Counted from the first letter of the stretch, positions 39,959 to 50,484 are shown. The stretch: 64,000 nucleotides of DNA from Polyangiales bacterium (GCA_038231275.1 JBBRLQ010000009.1:64001-128000); one strand, 5' to 3'. Numbers and translations: made by a program. Notes: generated from the letters alone by a model not told the origin.

Positions 39959-41551
39959 ATGACCGCGGATCAGCGAAGCGCTGAGCTCGAAGTGCTCACC
40001 ATCGGCGAAGCCGCGGCCATCCGCGAACAGGAGCGACGAATCGCCGATCGCTACCGGGCCTTGGTGAAAGCTACGGGGGACGTGGTCTGGACCAACTCAC
40101 CCACCGGCGAGATGAGCGGCCCGCAGCCGGACTGGTGCGCGTATACCGGGCAGACCGAAGAGGAAACCAAAGGCTACGGATGGGCGAGCGCCGTTCATCC
40201 AGAAGATGCGCAACCGACCATCCTTGCGTGGCAGCACGCCGTCAAGACGCGCACGATGTTCGTCTTCGAGCATAGGGTGCGGCGGCGTGACGGCGTGTAC
40301 CGATGGTTTGCGATCCGTGCCGTCCCCGTGCTCGACGAGCAGCATGGCACCATCCGCGAGTGGGTCGGGCTGCATCGCGACATCGAAGAAGACAAGGCTC
40401 TCGCCGAGCGCGAACGCGCCGCGCGGGTCGCCGCGGAAGAGGCGAGCCGTGCCAAGGACGATTTTCTCGCGATGCTCGGGCACGAGCTACGAAACCCGCT
40501 CGCGCCGATCGCGACGGCGGTGCATCTGCTGAAACTTAACAGCCAAGATGGCATCACGCGAGAGGTCAGCGTCATCGAACGCCAGTCTCAGCACATCGCG
40601 CGCCTCGTGGATGATCTGCTGGACGTATCGCGTATCGCGAGCGGAAAAGTCGTTCTGCACAAAGAAACCATCGGGGTAGCCGCCCTGGTCGCCGCGGCGA
40701 TCGAGATCGCGAGCCCAGCGATCGAGAACGGGCGACATACGCTCGTCGTCGACGTGCCGAAGCACGGCCTCGTCGTGGACGTAGACCGCGGGCGCATGAC
40801 GCAGGTCTTCGCAAACCTGCTCGCCAACGCCGCCAAGTACACACCCGCGGACGGACGAATCTCCATCACTGCCGCTTGCGAGGGGCCAGACGTCCTCATC
40901 TCCGTCGAAGACACGGGCGTCGGCATCTCGGACGAGCTCTTGCCGCGGGTGTTCGACCTCTTCGTCCAGGCTCGTCAGACGCTCGACCGTTCTCAAGGCG
41001 GCCTCGGACTCGGGCTCGCATTGGTCAAGAACCTGGCCGCCATGCACGGCGGGACGGTCTCGGCCCACAGTTTGGGGCGTGGGCATGGGAGCACGTTCAC
41101 GGTGCGTCTCCCGAGGAGCGAAGTTGCGGTGGCGGAGGGGAGTCCTTCGTTGCCTTCGCTCGTCGCCGCGGAGGCACACCACCAACGCGTCCTCGTCGTC
41201 GACGACAACGCGGATGGAGCGGACATGTTGGCCGAGGCGCTCAAGCACCTTGGCTACCGCGCGATGGTCGCCAACGACGGACCGGAAGCGCTCCGCATCG
41301 CCGGCGAATTCGCTCCGCAGGTTGCGCTCCTCGACATCGGCCTGCCCATCATGGACGGCTACGAATTGGCCGCGCGCTTGCGGGCTCAGCTGCCAAACGT
41401 GACGCTCGTGGCCATCACGGGCTATGGCCAGGAGCGCGATCGGCAGCGAACGCGCAGCGCGGGGTTCCAGGCGCATTTGACGAAACCTGTGGATCTCGAG
41501 GAGCTCGCAAGCTTCCTCGCGGACTTCTCGTTGGCGCGCCCTCCGCAGTAG
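39959..41551 (+). CDS. PAS-HisKA-HATPase-REC hybrid sensor kinase
   Basis: VHPED PAS motif, [36 protein letters not shown]. Confidence 0.93.
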   Translation: MTADQRSAELEVLTIGEAAAIREQERRIADRYRALVKATGDVVWTNSPTGEMSGPQPDWCAYTGQTEEETKGYGWASAVHPEDAQPTILAWQHAVKTRTMFVFEHRVRRRDGVYRWFAIRAVPVLDEQHGTIREWVGLHRDIEEDKALAERERAARVAAEEASRAKDDFLAMLGHELRNPLAPIATAVHLLKLNSQDGITREVSVIERQSQHIARLVDDLLDVSRIASGKVVLHKETIGVAALVAAAIEIASPAIENGRHTLVVDVPKHGLVVDVDRGRMTQVFANLLANAAKYTPADGRISITAACEGPDVLISVEDTGVGISDELLPRVFDLFVQARQTLDRSQGGLGLGLALVKNLAAMHGGTVSAHSLGRGHGSTFTVRLPRSEVAVAEGSPSLPSLVAAEAHHQRVLVVDDNADGADMLAEALKHLGYRAMVANDGPEALRIAGEFAPQVALLDIGLPIMDGYELAARLRAQLPNVTLVAITGYGQERDRQRTRSAGFQAHLTKPVDLEELASFLADFSLARPPQ

Positions 41552-41640
41552 CCACGGCTCGACGAGGTCGCAGGTTGCACCACGAGAGGCGCGCTTTCGC
41601 TACAGGGTAAACGTCGCCAGGATCGGCTAGCCTGACAGGG

Positions 41641-43188
41641 ATGCAGACCGCGGGCGGCATCGGGCGGGCGCAGATGCGTCTCGGTCAGATGCTCGACGGA
41701 AAATGGCGACTCGATTCCCTCCTCGGGGTGGGCGGGAGCGCGGCCGTCTACGCCGCCACGCATCGCAACACCAAGCGCGCGGCGGTGAAGATCCTCCACC
41801 CCGAGCTGTCGACCCACGGCGAGCTCGTCGCGCGCTTCGTCCGCGAAGGGTACGTCGCCAACAAGATCGGGCACCCCGGCACCGTCGCGGTGCTCGACGA
41901 CGACACGAGCGAGGACGGCACCGTCTACCTCGTGATGGAGCTGCTCGACGGGCAGTCGCTCGATCGCTTCACGCGCCCCAACGAAGCACCGCTTCCGCTC
42001 CGCGACGTCGTCCGCTTGATGGATGATCTCCTCGAGGTGCTGACGGCGGCGCACGGGCATGGCGTCGTGCACCGCGACATCAAGCCGGCGAACCTCTTCC
42101 TGACGGATGATCAACGCCTCAAGGTCTTGGACTTCGGCATCGCGCGGCTCGCGGAGCCGCTCTCGGACGGGAGCGCGACGCAGACCGGGATGACGATCGG
42201 GACGCCCGCGTTCATGCCGCCCGAGCAGGCGCGCGGGCGATGGCAGCAGGTCGACGCGCGAACCGATTTGTGGGCGGTGGGGGCGACGATGTTCGCGCTG
42301 CTCACGCAGCGGCGGCCACGCATGGCGGAGACCGGCAACGAAGAGCTGCTCCTCGCGATGACCGCGCCGGTGCAGCCGATCCGGGAGGTCGAGCCGCGTG
42401 TCCCCGCCGAGATCGCGGGCATCGTCGATCGCGCGCTCGCCCTCGACATGGACAGCCGGTGGCAGGATGCGCGCGCGATGCAGCAAGCGCTGCGCGACGC
42501 CGTGAAGGCGCTCGCGGCGCGCGGCGCGGATTTGACGATGCCGGTCCCCACGGGCGGAGGCATGGGACCGCCGTCGCGGACGATCACGATGGGCGATCCG
42601 TCGAGCGCGCCTCTCGTGCCGCGAACGGCGGGGCTCGTGCCTCCCGCGCAGCTCACTCCGCCGCACCAGGTGACGCCGCCGCCGTATCCCCCGCCGGGCG
42701 CAGTGACCGGGCCGCGCGCGCCGCAGCACGTGCCGGCCGCGTTCGCGCAAACCGCGATGGGCGACGCGCTCACGACCGGCCGCGCGCTCCTTCAGAGCCA
42801 GCCCCCGCCGCCGAAGAGCGGGAAGGGCGCGCTGTTCCTCGGGCTCGGGCTCGGCCTCGTCGGGATCCTCACGCTGGGATTCGCGGCGCTCCGCTTCATG
42901 GGGACGCGCAGCGCGGCACCGGCCCGTCCCACCACCGCGATCGCGTCGCCCGCCCCGCCTCCGCCCGAGGTGAAGGATCTCCCGCCTCCGTTCGCGCCGA
43001 CCGCGGCCGCTTCGCCGACGCCGCCGCCGAGCGCCGACACCAACGCTGCCGTCCCGCCGCCGACCGCCGGCAAGCCGACCGCGAGCGCCGCGTCTCCGCC
43101 GCCGGGCCCTCCGCCGGTGACCCCGCGTCCGCGTCCGCGTCCTGCCGGCGGCGGAAAATCCGACGATCCGTTCGATCAGCGCTTCTGA
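41641..43188 (+). CDS. Membrane Ser/Thr protein kinase with Pro-rich periplasmic tail
   Basis: AVK, HRDIKPAN, DFG, GTPAFMPPEQ; TM segment; ends DDPFDQRF. Confidence 0.93.
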   Translation: MQTAGGIGRAQMRLGQMLDGKWRLDSLLGVGGSAAVYAATHRNTKRAAVKILHPELSTHGELVARFVREGYVANKIGHPGTVAVLDDDTSEDGTVYLVMELLDGQSLDRFTRPNEAPLPLRDVVRLMDDLLEVLTAAHGHGVVHRDIKPANLFLTDDQRLKVLDFGIARLAEPLSDGSATQTGMTIGTPAFMPPEQARGRWQQVDARTDLWAVGATMFALLTQRRPRMAETGNEELLLAMTAPVQPIREVEPRVPAEIAGIVDRALALDMDSRWQDARAMQQALRDAVKALAARGADLTMPVPTGGGMGPPSRTITMGDPSSAPLVPRTAGLVPPAQLTPPHQVTPPPYPPPGAVTGPRAPQHVPAAFAQTAMGDALTTGRALLQSQPPPPKSGKGALFLGLGLGLVGILTLGFAALRFMGTRSAAPARPTTAIASPAPPPPEVKDLPPPFAPTAAASPTPPPSADTNAAVPPPTAGKPTASAASPPPGPPPVTPRPRPRPAGGGKSDDPFDQRF

Positions 43189-43192
43189 AAAA

Positions 43193-44236
43193 ATGCCGAC
43201 ATCGCACCTTCCATCTACGACACGACGTCGCGCGAGCCGCTTCGCGTTGGCCGTGCGACTCGCGCAGATTTCGATCGCGAGTGGCGCCGTCGTCGTGAGC
43301 ACCACGACCGTCGCGTACGCCGAGCCGCGCGCCGATGAGCTCTTTCAGGAGGGACGCAAGGCGATGAAGTCCGGCGATTGGCCGGCGGCGCTCGCGAGCC
43401 TCTCCGCCAGCTACAAGATCGAGCCCGCGCCGGGGACGCTCCTCAACGTCGCCGAGTGCGAGCTGCACGTGGGCAAGCTCGTCGAGGCGCTCGAGCACTT
43501 CAAGCAAGTGGAGATCGCGCTACCGTCGCAAGACAAGCGACGCAACGTGGCGGTCGAGCGCGCGCTGTCGCTGGCGCCGCGTGTGCCGCGCGTCGTGGTG
43601 AAGCTCGGACCGTCGGCGCCGCCCGGCACCGAGGTGCTGCGCGGCGAGTCGCGCCTCGAGCCAGGCGCGACGACGCTCGTGAACCCAGGTCCCGTCGCGC
43701 TGCGCGTCACTGCGCCGGGCCGAAAAGAGCGCGCCCTCTCGATCACGGCGAAAGAGAACGAGACCGCCACCGTCGTCGCCGACTTCGGGGACGAGCCCGC
43801 GTCCACGACGTCTCCGGCGGTCGCGCCACCGCTCTCTTCGTCGCCGTCGAGCGCGGCGTCCTCGTCGGACTCGGGTCTGCGCGCGACCACGGCGGCATCG
43901 AACGGAAAGCGTACCGCGGGCTTCGTCGTCGGCGGCATCGGCATCGCGAGCCTCGGCGTCGGCGTCGTCACCGGCGTGATGGCGCTCGGCAAGGCGAGCA
44001 CGGTAAAAGACCACTGCGACCCGAACCTCGCGTGCGATCCCACCGGCGTGGACGCCGGCTCGAGCGGCAAGACGCTCTCGCTCGTCAGCACCATCACGGT
44101 GGCGGCGGGCGTCGTCGGGATCGGCGTGGGCGCCTTCCTCGTGCTCACCAGCAAAGGAAAATCGGCACCGACCACGGCCGTCGCGCCCGTGGTCACTCCC
44201 GACTTCGCCGGCGCGGCGCTCTGGAGGAGCTTCTGA
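43193..44236 (+). CDS. TPR + PEGA-like exported protein
   Basis: Signal peptide; LFQEGR..TLLNVAEC TPR; VNPG..LRVTAPG; C-terminal hydrophobic hairpins. Confidence 0.8.
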   Translation: MPTSHLPSTTRRRASRFALAVRLAQISIASGAVVVSTTTVAYAEPRADELFQEGRKAMKSGDWPAALASLSASYKIEPAPGTLLNVAECELHVGKLVEALEHFKQVEIALPSQDKRRNVAVERALSLAPRVPRVVVKLGPSAPPGTEVLRGESRLEPGATTLVNPGPVALRVTAPGRKERALSITAKENETATVVADFGDEPASTTSPAVAPPLSSSPSSAASSSDSGLRATTAASNGKRTAGFVVGGIGIASLGVGVVTGVMALGKASTVKDHCDPNLACDPTGVDAGSSGKTLSLVSTITVAAGVVGIGVGAFLVLTSKGKSAPTTAVAPVVTPDFAGAALWRSF

Positions 44237-45402
44237 TGGGCGCCCGCCCCAGCATCTTCGTCGGCGCGGCGATCCTCTTCGCCACCGGGTGCTCCATCGT
44301 CGCAGGCGTCAATTTCGGTGACGTGCACGGCAAGGACGAGATCGCCGGCGGCGCCGATGCCGGTGACGCAAGCACCGGAGGCGACGGCGGATCCATCGTG
44401 ATCGACGGCGGCGGCTCCGTCGTGGAGGACGGCGCGACGATCATCCTCGCCGACGCGGGCTGCGCCGCCGACGAGAGCTCGTGCAACGGCGCGTGCGTGA
44501 AGAAGACAGACCCGCAGTTCGGCTGCGGCTCCGCGGCGTGCATGCCGTGCTCCTTGCCGCTCACCACGAGCGCGAAGTGCGTCGCCGGAAAGTGCGTCCC
44601 CGACACCTGCGCGCAGGGGCGCGCCGACTGCGACCGCGATCCGGCGACGGGCTGCGAGGCGGATCTCTCCGCGCCCGCGAACTGCGGCTCGTGCTCGGTG
44701 GCGTGCAAAGCCCCGAGCGGCCTGTGCTCACCCACGGGCTGCGTGGGCGCGTGCCCGGCGGGGACCCAATCGTGCGGCACGTCCTGCGTCGACACGGGCA
44801 ACTCGGTGACCAACTGCGGGGCGTGCTCGAAGGTGTGCGGCTCGGCCGCGAACAGCGATCCGACCTGCGCCGGCGGGCAGTGCGGCATCGCGTGCCACAG
44901 CGGGTTCCAAGACTGCGACAGCAACGCGGGCAACGGCTGCGAGCCGCTCACGACGTTCTACCAAGACAGCGACGGCGACGGCGTGGGCGGCACCGGATCG
45001 ACGCTCGGATGCACGCCGCCCGCTGGCTACAAGGCGGCCGGCGGCGACTGCGACGACAACGAAGCGAGGGCGTTTCCCGGCCAAACGGCCTATTTCAACG
45101 CCGGCTACACCAACCTCGCCGGCGCCCTGTCGTTCGACTTCGACTGCGACGGCAACGAGATCGAATCGTCGACGAGCTCGTCCGATCACTTCATCGGGAC
45201 CTGCGGCACCGCGTGCGACAACCTCGGCTACCTCACCGCGTCCCCGGCGCGGAGCGGCGCCGGCGTGAACGCGTACTGCGGCAGCACGCGCTACCGCAAT
45301 TGCGTCCCGTCGGGCGTCCCCGTCGCGCCTCGCTCCAGCCAGCCCATCGGCGGCGGGTGCACGTCGACGATCGACGTGGCGGGCGCTGTATCCTGCAAGT
45401 GA
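44236..45402 (+). CDS. Cys-rich lipoprotein with NCGxC repeats and a MopE-like DxDGDG/DCDD motif
   Basis: TGATG overlap with the previous gene; lipobox ATGC; FYQDSDGDG, GDCDD, DFDCDG. Confidence 0.82.
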   Translation: MGARPSIFVGAAILFATGCSIVAGVNFGDVHGKDEIAGGADAGDASTGGDGGSIVIDGGGSVVEDGATIILADAGCAADESSCNGACVKKTDPQFGCGSAACMPCSLPLTTSAKCVAGKCVPDTCAQGRADCDRDPATGCEADLSAPANCGSCSVACKAPSGLCSPTGCVGACPAGTQSCGTSCVDTGNSVTNCGACSKVCGSAANSDPTCAGGQCGIACHSGFQDCDSNAGNGCEPLTTFYQDSDGDGVGGTGSTLGCTPPAGYKAAGGDCDDNEARAFPGQTAYFNAGYTNLAGALSFDFDCDGNEIESSTSSSDHFIGTCGTACDNLGYLTASPARSGAGVNAYCGSTRYRNCVPSGVPVAPRSSQPIGGGCTSTIDVAGAVSCK

Positions 45403-45450
45403 GCAAGTGAGCGGCGCAGGCACGACCGCACGCACGCCCGGGAGACGAAC

Positions 45451-46950
45451 GTGGCATCATTGAAAGCTCGAGTGGCGGCCATCCCCGACGGAGCGGGCGT
45501 GCTCTTCTTCGTCCAGCTCTTCGCGACGCTGGGCTTCGCGGTGCTGTACTCGACGCTGGTCCTGTACGCGACGAAGCACCTGCATTTCTCGACGAAGGAC
45601 GCGACCGCCGTCATGGGTGTGTTCGGCGCGTTCAACTACGGGTTGCACCTGTTCGGCGGGTACCTCGGCGGTCGCTTCTTGAGCAACCGCAACCTCTTCG
45701 TCGGCGGCATGGCGCTGCAGGTCTTCGGCTGCGGCTGCATCGCTGGCGGGACGGTGAGCCTGCTTTATTGGGGACTCGCGCTGTTTCTCACCGGCAGCGG
45801 GCTGAACGTCACGTGCCTCAACATGATGCTCACGCAGCGGTTCAAGCCGGACGACGTGCGCCGCGAGGGCGCCTTCCTCTGGAACTACGCCGGCATGAAC
45901 GTCGGCTTCTTCATCGGCTTCACCGCGGCAGGGCACTACCAGCTCACCGAAAATTATTCGGGCCTCTTCACCTTCGCGACGATCGGGAACATCGTGGCGA
46001 TCGTCCTCGCTGCAACCTTCTGGAAGACGCTCGCCGACCGCGACACGCCGCTCGTCGAGGTCGACGCCCGCAAGTTCAGGGTGCGCTTCGCGGTCGGTCT
46101 CGGCGTCCTCGGCGGTCTCGTGCCTATCGTCTGGTTCCTCCTCCAGCGGCCCCACGGCACCGAGACGCTGGTGAAGGGCATCAGCGCCGTCGTCGCGCTC
46201 TCGCTCGCGTGGCTCGCGTGGAAGCACCGCGACGCGCGCGAGCGGAACAACATGTGGGCCTACCTGATGCTCACGATCGGCTCGCTGGTGTTCTGGGCGC
46301 TCTACCAGATGGCACCGAGCGGGCTGCAGCTCTTCGCGGTGAACAACGTCGATCGCCAGGTGCTCGGCGTCGAGGTCGCGCCGCAGTGGATCCAGAACAT
46401 CAACACGGTGGTCATCGTGGTGGGTGGCCCGCTGATGGCGGCGCTCTTCACGCGGCTGCGCGCGCGCGGCTTCCGCATCGACGTGCCCAAGCAGTTCTCG
46501 GCGTCGCTCATCCTGATGGGTCTCGGCTTCCTCGCGCTCCCGGTGGGCATCGCGCTCGCGGACGACAAGGGGATGGTCGCCTTCTCGTGGCTCTTCGGGA
46601 GCTACGTCCTTCAGAGCATCGGCGAGCTCCTGATCTCGCCGGTCGGCTACGCGATGATCGGCAAGCTCGCGCCGCGGCAGTACCAAGGCATCATGATGGG
46701 CGCGTGGATGCTCGTCACCGGCCTCGCGTCGTTGTTCGCCGGCGACTTCTCGGGGATGGTGCCGGAGCCGAGCCAGGGCTCCGCGCTCGTGACCAACCCC
46801 GTCTACTCGAAGCTCTTCGCCACGCTCGGCAGCGGGAGTGTCGTCGTCGGCGTGGTGTTGGTGCTCCTGACGCCGCTCCTGCGGAGGCTCATCACCGACA
46901 AGGAGGCGCCCGCCGAGCCCGCGCTCGCGCCCGAGGGCGCCGGGGCGTAG
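45451..46950 (+). CDS. POT/PTR family proton-dependent oligopeptide transporter (MFS)
   Basis: Many TM segments; NYAGMNVG, FWALYQM, GELLISPVG. Confidence 0.9.
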   Translation: MASLKARVAAIPDGAGVLFFVQLFATLGFAVLYSTLVLYATKHLHFSTKDATAVMGVFGAFNYGLHLFGGYLGGRFLSNRNLFVGGMALQVFGCGCIAGGTVSLLYWGLALFLTGSGLNVTCLNMMLTQRFKPDDVRREGAFLWNYAGMNVGFFIGFTAAGHYQLTENYSGLFTFATIGNIVAIVLAATFWKTLADRDTPLVEVDARKFRVRFAVGLGVLGGLVPIVWFLLQRPHGTETLVKGISAVVALSLAWLAWKHRDARERNNMWAYLMLTIGSLVFWALYQMAPSGLQLFAVNNVDRQVLGVEVAPQWIQNINTVVIVVGGPLMAALFTRLRARGFRIDVPKQFSASLILMGLGFLALPVGIALADDKGMVAFSWLFGSYVLQSIGELLISPVGYAMIGKLAPRQYQGIMMGAWMLVTGLASLFAGDFSGMVPEPSQGSALVTNPVYSKLFATLGSGSVVVGVVLVLLTPLLRRLITDKEAPAEPALAPEGAGA

Positions 46951-47079
46951 CGGCGATCGGCGATCCAGAAACGCACGCGCTCGAGCGCTCGGCGAAGGTT
47001 GGAGTAGCCGATTCGTGCGGGTGTAGCCGTTCGAAGCACCACACGCGTCGCGCTCGCCGGTTTTCTGCGGGGATCGTCG

Positions 47080-47095
47080 CGGCACGCTGCGTGAA
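47080..47095 (+). promoter_or_regulatory. Putative sigma54 promoter
   Basis: CGGCACG-CTGC-GTGAA, with a degenerate -12, upstream of a GGAGG SD. Confidence 0.45.
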
Positions 47096-47118
47096 GAAGC
47101 AGGCCGCGGAGGTCCTGC

Positions 47119-48936
47119 ATGATCCATCTTTCGAAGAGGCACGTTCTTGCGCTCACGTTGCTCGGCTCCGTCGCCGCGTGCAGCGGTGACGCTCCCGAAG
47201 AGGCCGCGTCGACGGGCGCGAGCAGCTACGCCACGAGCTCCTTGCTCTGGGGCACGGCCCTGGGCTGGATCGACCGCGACGCCTGGGGCGGTCCCATCAA
47301 CATCGCGCGGCACGCCGACCAGATCGCGTGCGACATCCGATCCGTCGGCCTCACGTGGGTCCGCGTCGACGTGGGCGCCCACGACGGCGACGCCGACATG
47401 AACGCCGTGCGCGATTTCATCGGTCAAATGCACGATCGCGGCGGCAAGGTCCTCGTCCTCGTGAACGGCGAGAGCTTCTTGCCGGGGAACGTCGACCCGC
47501 TGGACCCCGGCGGCGAGACGCGCGCGTGGGCGGACGCGTACGTCGCGCGCATGAATCGTCTCATCGACAGCGAGCTCACCGGGCGTTCGCGCGCCGACGC
47601 GTACGAGATCGGGAACGAGTGGAACTCCACGCTGCCGGTGTCGCCGAGCGCCGACGCGTACCTCCTCGATCGCGTCTGGCGCGAGGTGAAGCTCCCCCAC
47701 GGCGGAGGCGCGCCGCTCATCGTCTCGGGCGGGACGCTCGAGGCGCGCATCGACGCGAGCTACGACGGCAACGGAGACCCCGCGCGATGGTGGAGCGGTC
47801 TGTTCGCGGCGCTCGGACGCCTCCGCGCGGTCGGGCGCGCGAGACCCTGGGACGCGTTCGGCGTCCATCCCTACAACGGCCGCGAATACCGCACGCTCAA
47901 GGACAATTTGGTCACCTGGACACGCGCCGACGAGGCCTGGAAAAACAGTGTTCTGAAAGACCTCGGCGACCTTCAGGGCGGTCTCTCCGCGATTTACGGC
48001 GGCCCGTCGCCCCTCTGGGCCACGGAGGTCGGTTGGTCCTCGTCGACCACGCATCCCTTGTGCCCCGGGGATACGCCGCCTGATGGGTGGGGTGCCGCGG
48101 CGAGCAATCCCGACGAACAAGCCAACACGTTCGGCTTGGCCGACCAAGTCTTGAGCGGGAACGTCGACGTGGCCTTTTGGTACACGTACAGGGACGACGA
48201 GTACGTGTGCCCGGGCGGGCAGAACTTCGTGAACGGCATGCGCCAGAACAGCGGCGCGGGGTACGCGCGAAAGCCGCTGTATTCGCGGATCGCCGCGCGC
48301 TTCGGAAAAAGCGGCGACGGAGCGTGCTACGGAGGCGCACCGTCGGCGGGCGCGAAGTTCTGTCCGGAGGGCAGCGTACCGCGCGATGACATGGCGGTGT
48401 TCCTCGAGCGCCTCAACCAGGCCTCCGGGTATCAGCCGCCTTCGTATCCGCTTCGCTTCGCCGACGTCGACCCGAACGATTGGCATGCGACGTTCATCGC
48501 GGCGCTCGATCACGACGGCATCACACACGGAGTCGGGCCCGACGCGTACGGGCGGCCGCTCTACGCGCCGCACGATTCGGTGCCGCGCGAGCAGATGGCC
48601 GCGTTCTTCGTCCGTAAGCGGTACGGCTCGAGCTTCCCGCGGACGACGACGCGCTTCTCCGACGTTCCCGAGTCGAACGTCTTCTCGGGCGACATCGAAG
48701 TCCTCGCCGGAATGAGCGTCACCAAAGGGTGCGGGCTCGACGAGCAGGGACGGCTGAAGTTCTGCCCCAGCCAGCTGATTCGGCGCGACGAGATGGCCGC
48801 GTTCCTGACGCGCTACGAGCGTGGGGCCTCGATGCCCAAGACGGCGACGCGCTTCTCCGACGTCGACCCGAACTCGGACTTCACGGGCGACGTCGAGCAC
48901 ATGGTCGACGAAGGGATCATGGCGCCGTGCCCGTAG
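47119..48936 (+). CDS. Clan GH-A glycoside hydrolase lipoprotein with C-terminal SLH-like repeats
   Basis: Lipobox VAAC; IGNEWN acid/base, GVHPY, WATEVGW nucleophile; SLH-like FxDV...GIT...P....R..MA.F repeats. Confidence 0.8.
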   Translation: MIHLSKRHVLALTLLGSVAACSGDAPEEAASTGASSYATSSLLWGTALGWIDRDAWGGPINIARHADQIACDIRSVGLTWVRVDVGAHDGDADMNAVRDFIGQMHDRGGKVLVLVNGESFLPGNVDPLDPGGETRAWADAYVARMNRLIDSELTGRSRADAYEIGNEWNSTLPVSPSADAYLLDRVWREVKLPHGGGAPLIVSGGTLEARIDASYDGNGDPARWWSGLFAALGRLRAVGRARPWDAFGVHPYNGREYRTLKDNLVTWTRADEAWKNSVLKDLGDLQGGLSAIYGGPSPLWATEVGWSSSTTHPLCPGDTPPDGWGAAASNPDEQANTFGLADQVLSGNVDVAFWYTYRDDEYVCPGGQNFVNGMRQNSGAGYARKPLYSRIAARFGKSGDGACYGGAPSAGAKFCPEGSVPRDDMAVFLERLNQASGYQPPSYPLRFADVDPNDWHATFIAALDHDGITHGVGPDAYGRPLYAPHDSVPREQMAAFFVRKRYGSSFPRTTTRFSDVPESNVFSGDIEVLAGMSVTKGCGLDEQGRLKFCPSQLIRRDEMAAFLTRYERGASMPKTATRFSDVDPNSDFTGDVEHMVDEGIMAPCP

Positions 48937-48944
48937 CGCGCTCG

Positions 48945-49733
48945 TCATCGACGACGCGTCGCGAGCACGAGTAAGAGAACGAAGAAGAAGAGCCACGGGG
49001 CGGCGGCGTGCTTCGGCGCGTCGCCGCTTTTTCGTGAGACGGTGCAGGACGACGACGTCAGGGGATCGACGTCGAGAAAGGGCTGGACGAACGCGAGGAC
49101 AGGGCCCGTGACACGCACCGCGAAGGCTTCGCGCGCGCAGGCGCCGTCTCCATGCGAGATGACGCCGACCACGCGCGTCACGCCGTCCTCGCCGAGGAGG
49201 AGCACGGGCCCGCCGGAGTCACCGATGCACGGGAGCGCGGGCGCTGGCGTCAGGAGAAGCAACGGGCCATCGCCCGTGGCCGCGCTCGTCCCGCGGCGCC
49301 GCGTCCCCCCTCCCTTGCCGGGGGACAGGTCGCCGAAACCGGCCACGCCGACGGGACCGCCCTGCGCGTCGCCCATCTCGAGCGGCCCGACCGGCGCGTC
49401 GGATGCGAGGACGAGGACGGCGACATCGGACGCGAGCGTCGCCGGATCGAACGAAGGCGCGACGTGCACCGACGCGACGGCGACCTCGGCGTCCCCGGCT
49501 TCCCCGACCCCCACCGCGTCCGGTGTTCCATCTTCCAGGCAATGCGCCGCCGTGAGCACGGCGCGTCGTGCGATCACGGCCCCCGAGCAGACGGTGCTCC
49601 CATGGGCGATGACGCGAACGACCGCGAGATCGCCCACGTCGCCCGCGCCATGCGAAATGGCGGCGGCGGTCGTCGTCATGAACGAGACCGCCGCCGCCAC
49701 GAAGCACGCATGAATTCCCATCCGGCGACGCAT
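48945..49733 (-). CDS. Trypsin-like (S1) serine protease with MYXO-CTERM-like tail
   Basis: LTAAHC, SDVAVL, GDSGGP triad; C-terminal SSSC..hydrophobic..RRR. Confidence 0.88.
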   Translation of the reverse strand: MRRRMGIHACFVAAAVSFMTTTAAAISHGAGDVGDLAVVRVIAHGSTVCSGAVIARRAVLTAAHCLEDGTPDAVGVGEAGDAEVAVASVHVAPSFDPATLASDVAVLVLASDAPVGPLEMGDAQGGPVGVAGFGDLSPGKGGGTRRRGTSAATGDGPLLLLTPAPALPCIGDSGGPVLLLGEDGVTRVVGVISHGDGACAREAFAVRVTGPVLAFVQPFLDVDPLTSSSCTVSRKSGDAPKHAAAPWLFFFVLLLVLATRRR

Positions 49734-49748
49734 CCGCCGCCCCTCGAG

Positions 49749-50432
49749 CTACTTGAGTCCGCCGGCGCCGCCGCCCCCGCCGCAGTACCCGCCGCACGGA
49801 TCGCCGTCGTCCGAGCCGCCGCAGCTGTCGGCCGCAGCACGGACGGACTCGTAGCACTCCGCGGTGCTGTTCGCGCAGAAGTCGACGGCGCCCGTCTCGA
49901 GCGCTTCGAGGCATTCGGGGATGGCGACGAGGCAGTGCAGGAGCGCCCACGCGGAGTCGGAGCCGCACCCGTACACGACCTTGTCGCCCGAGAGGTACGC
50001 CTTCAAGTCCGTCGACGCTGCGGTCGCGAAGTGCTTCTCGCTCGACGTGAGCGTGTTGACGCCGACCTTCCCGGTGCGCTCGATCTGCAAGACGCCCTTC
50101 GTCGCGCTCATCGACGCGAACGTCACCGGCGACCCTGCGGTCTCGGTGTCGACGAAGACGCGCGTTCCCATCACCGCCTTCCCGTCGGCGCCGACGCCCA
50201 CGATTTGCTTGCCGGTCTTTCGAGGCACGACCTTCCACGAGGCCACGCCGGTGGTGCGCGTCGTCTCCGCAGAAGCGGGGACGGTGTATCTCGAAGCCGG
50301 CGCCGAATAGCCGCTTCCCGTCGTCGTCTGCGCGCCGTCGCTCGTCGTCGGCGACGAGCACGAGAACACGGCGAACGACGCCAGAACGAACGCCGCAGAC
50401 GGGACGAGCTGCTTGGGCGATGCCTTTTTCAT
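49749..50432 (-). CDS. Lipoprotein with Cys-rich helical C-terminus
   Basis: AAGGAGA SD; lipobox VFSC; C-terminal domain with 8 Cys. Confidence 0.72.
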   Translation of the reverse strand: MKKASPKQLVPSAAFVLASFAVFSCSSPTTSDGAQTTTGSGYSAPASRYTVPASAETTRTTGVASWKVVPRKTGKQIVGVGADGKAVMGTRVFVDTETAGSPVTFASMSATKGVLQIERTGKVGVNTLTSSEKHFATAASTDLKAYLSGDKVVYGCGSDSAWALLHCLVAIPECLEALETGAVDFCANSTAECYESVRAAADSCGGSDDGDPCGGYCGGGGGAGGLK

Positions 50433-50484
50433 GAGGTTCTCCTTGATGGTCGTGATCGCGGGCGATGCCCGCACGACCGCCTTG

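Noticed and set aside
45457..48996. 1179-aa minus-strand ORF
   Set aside because: Shadow of the POT transporter and GH-SLH genes, expected at this GC content.
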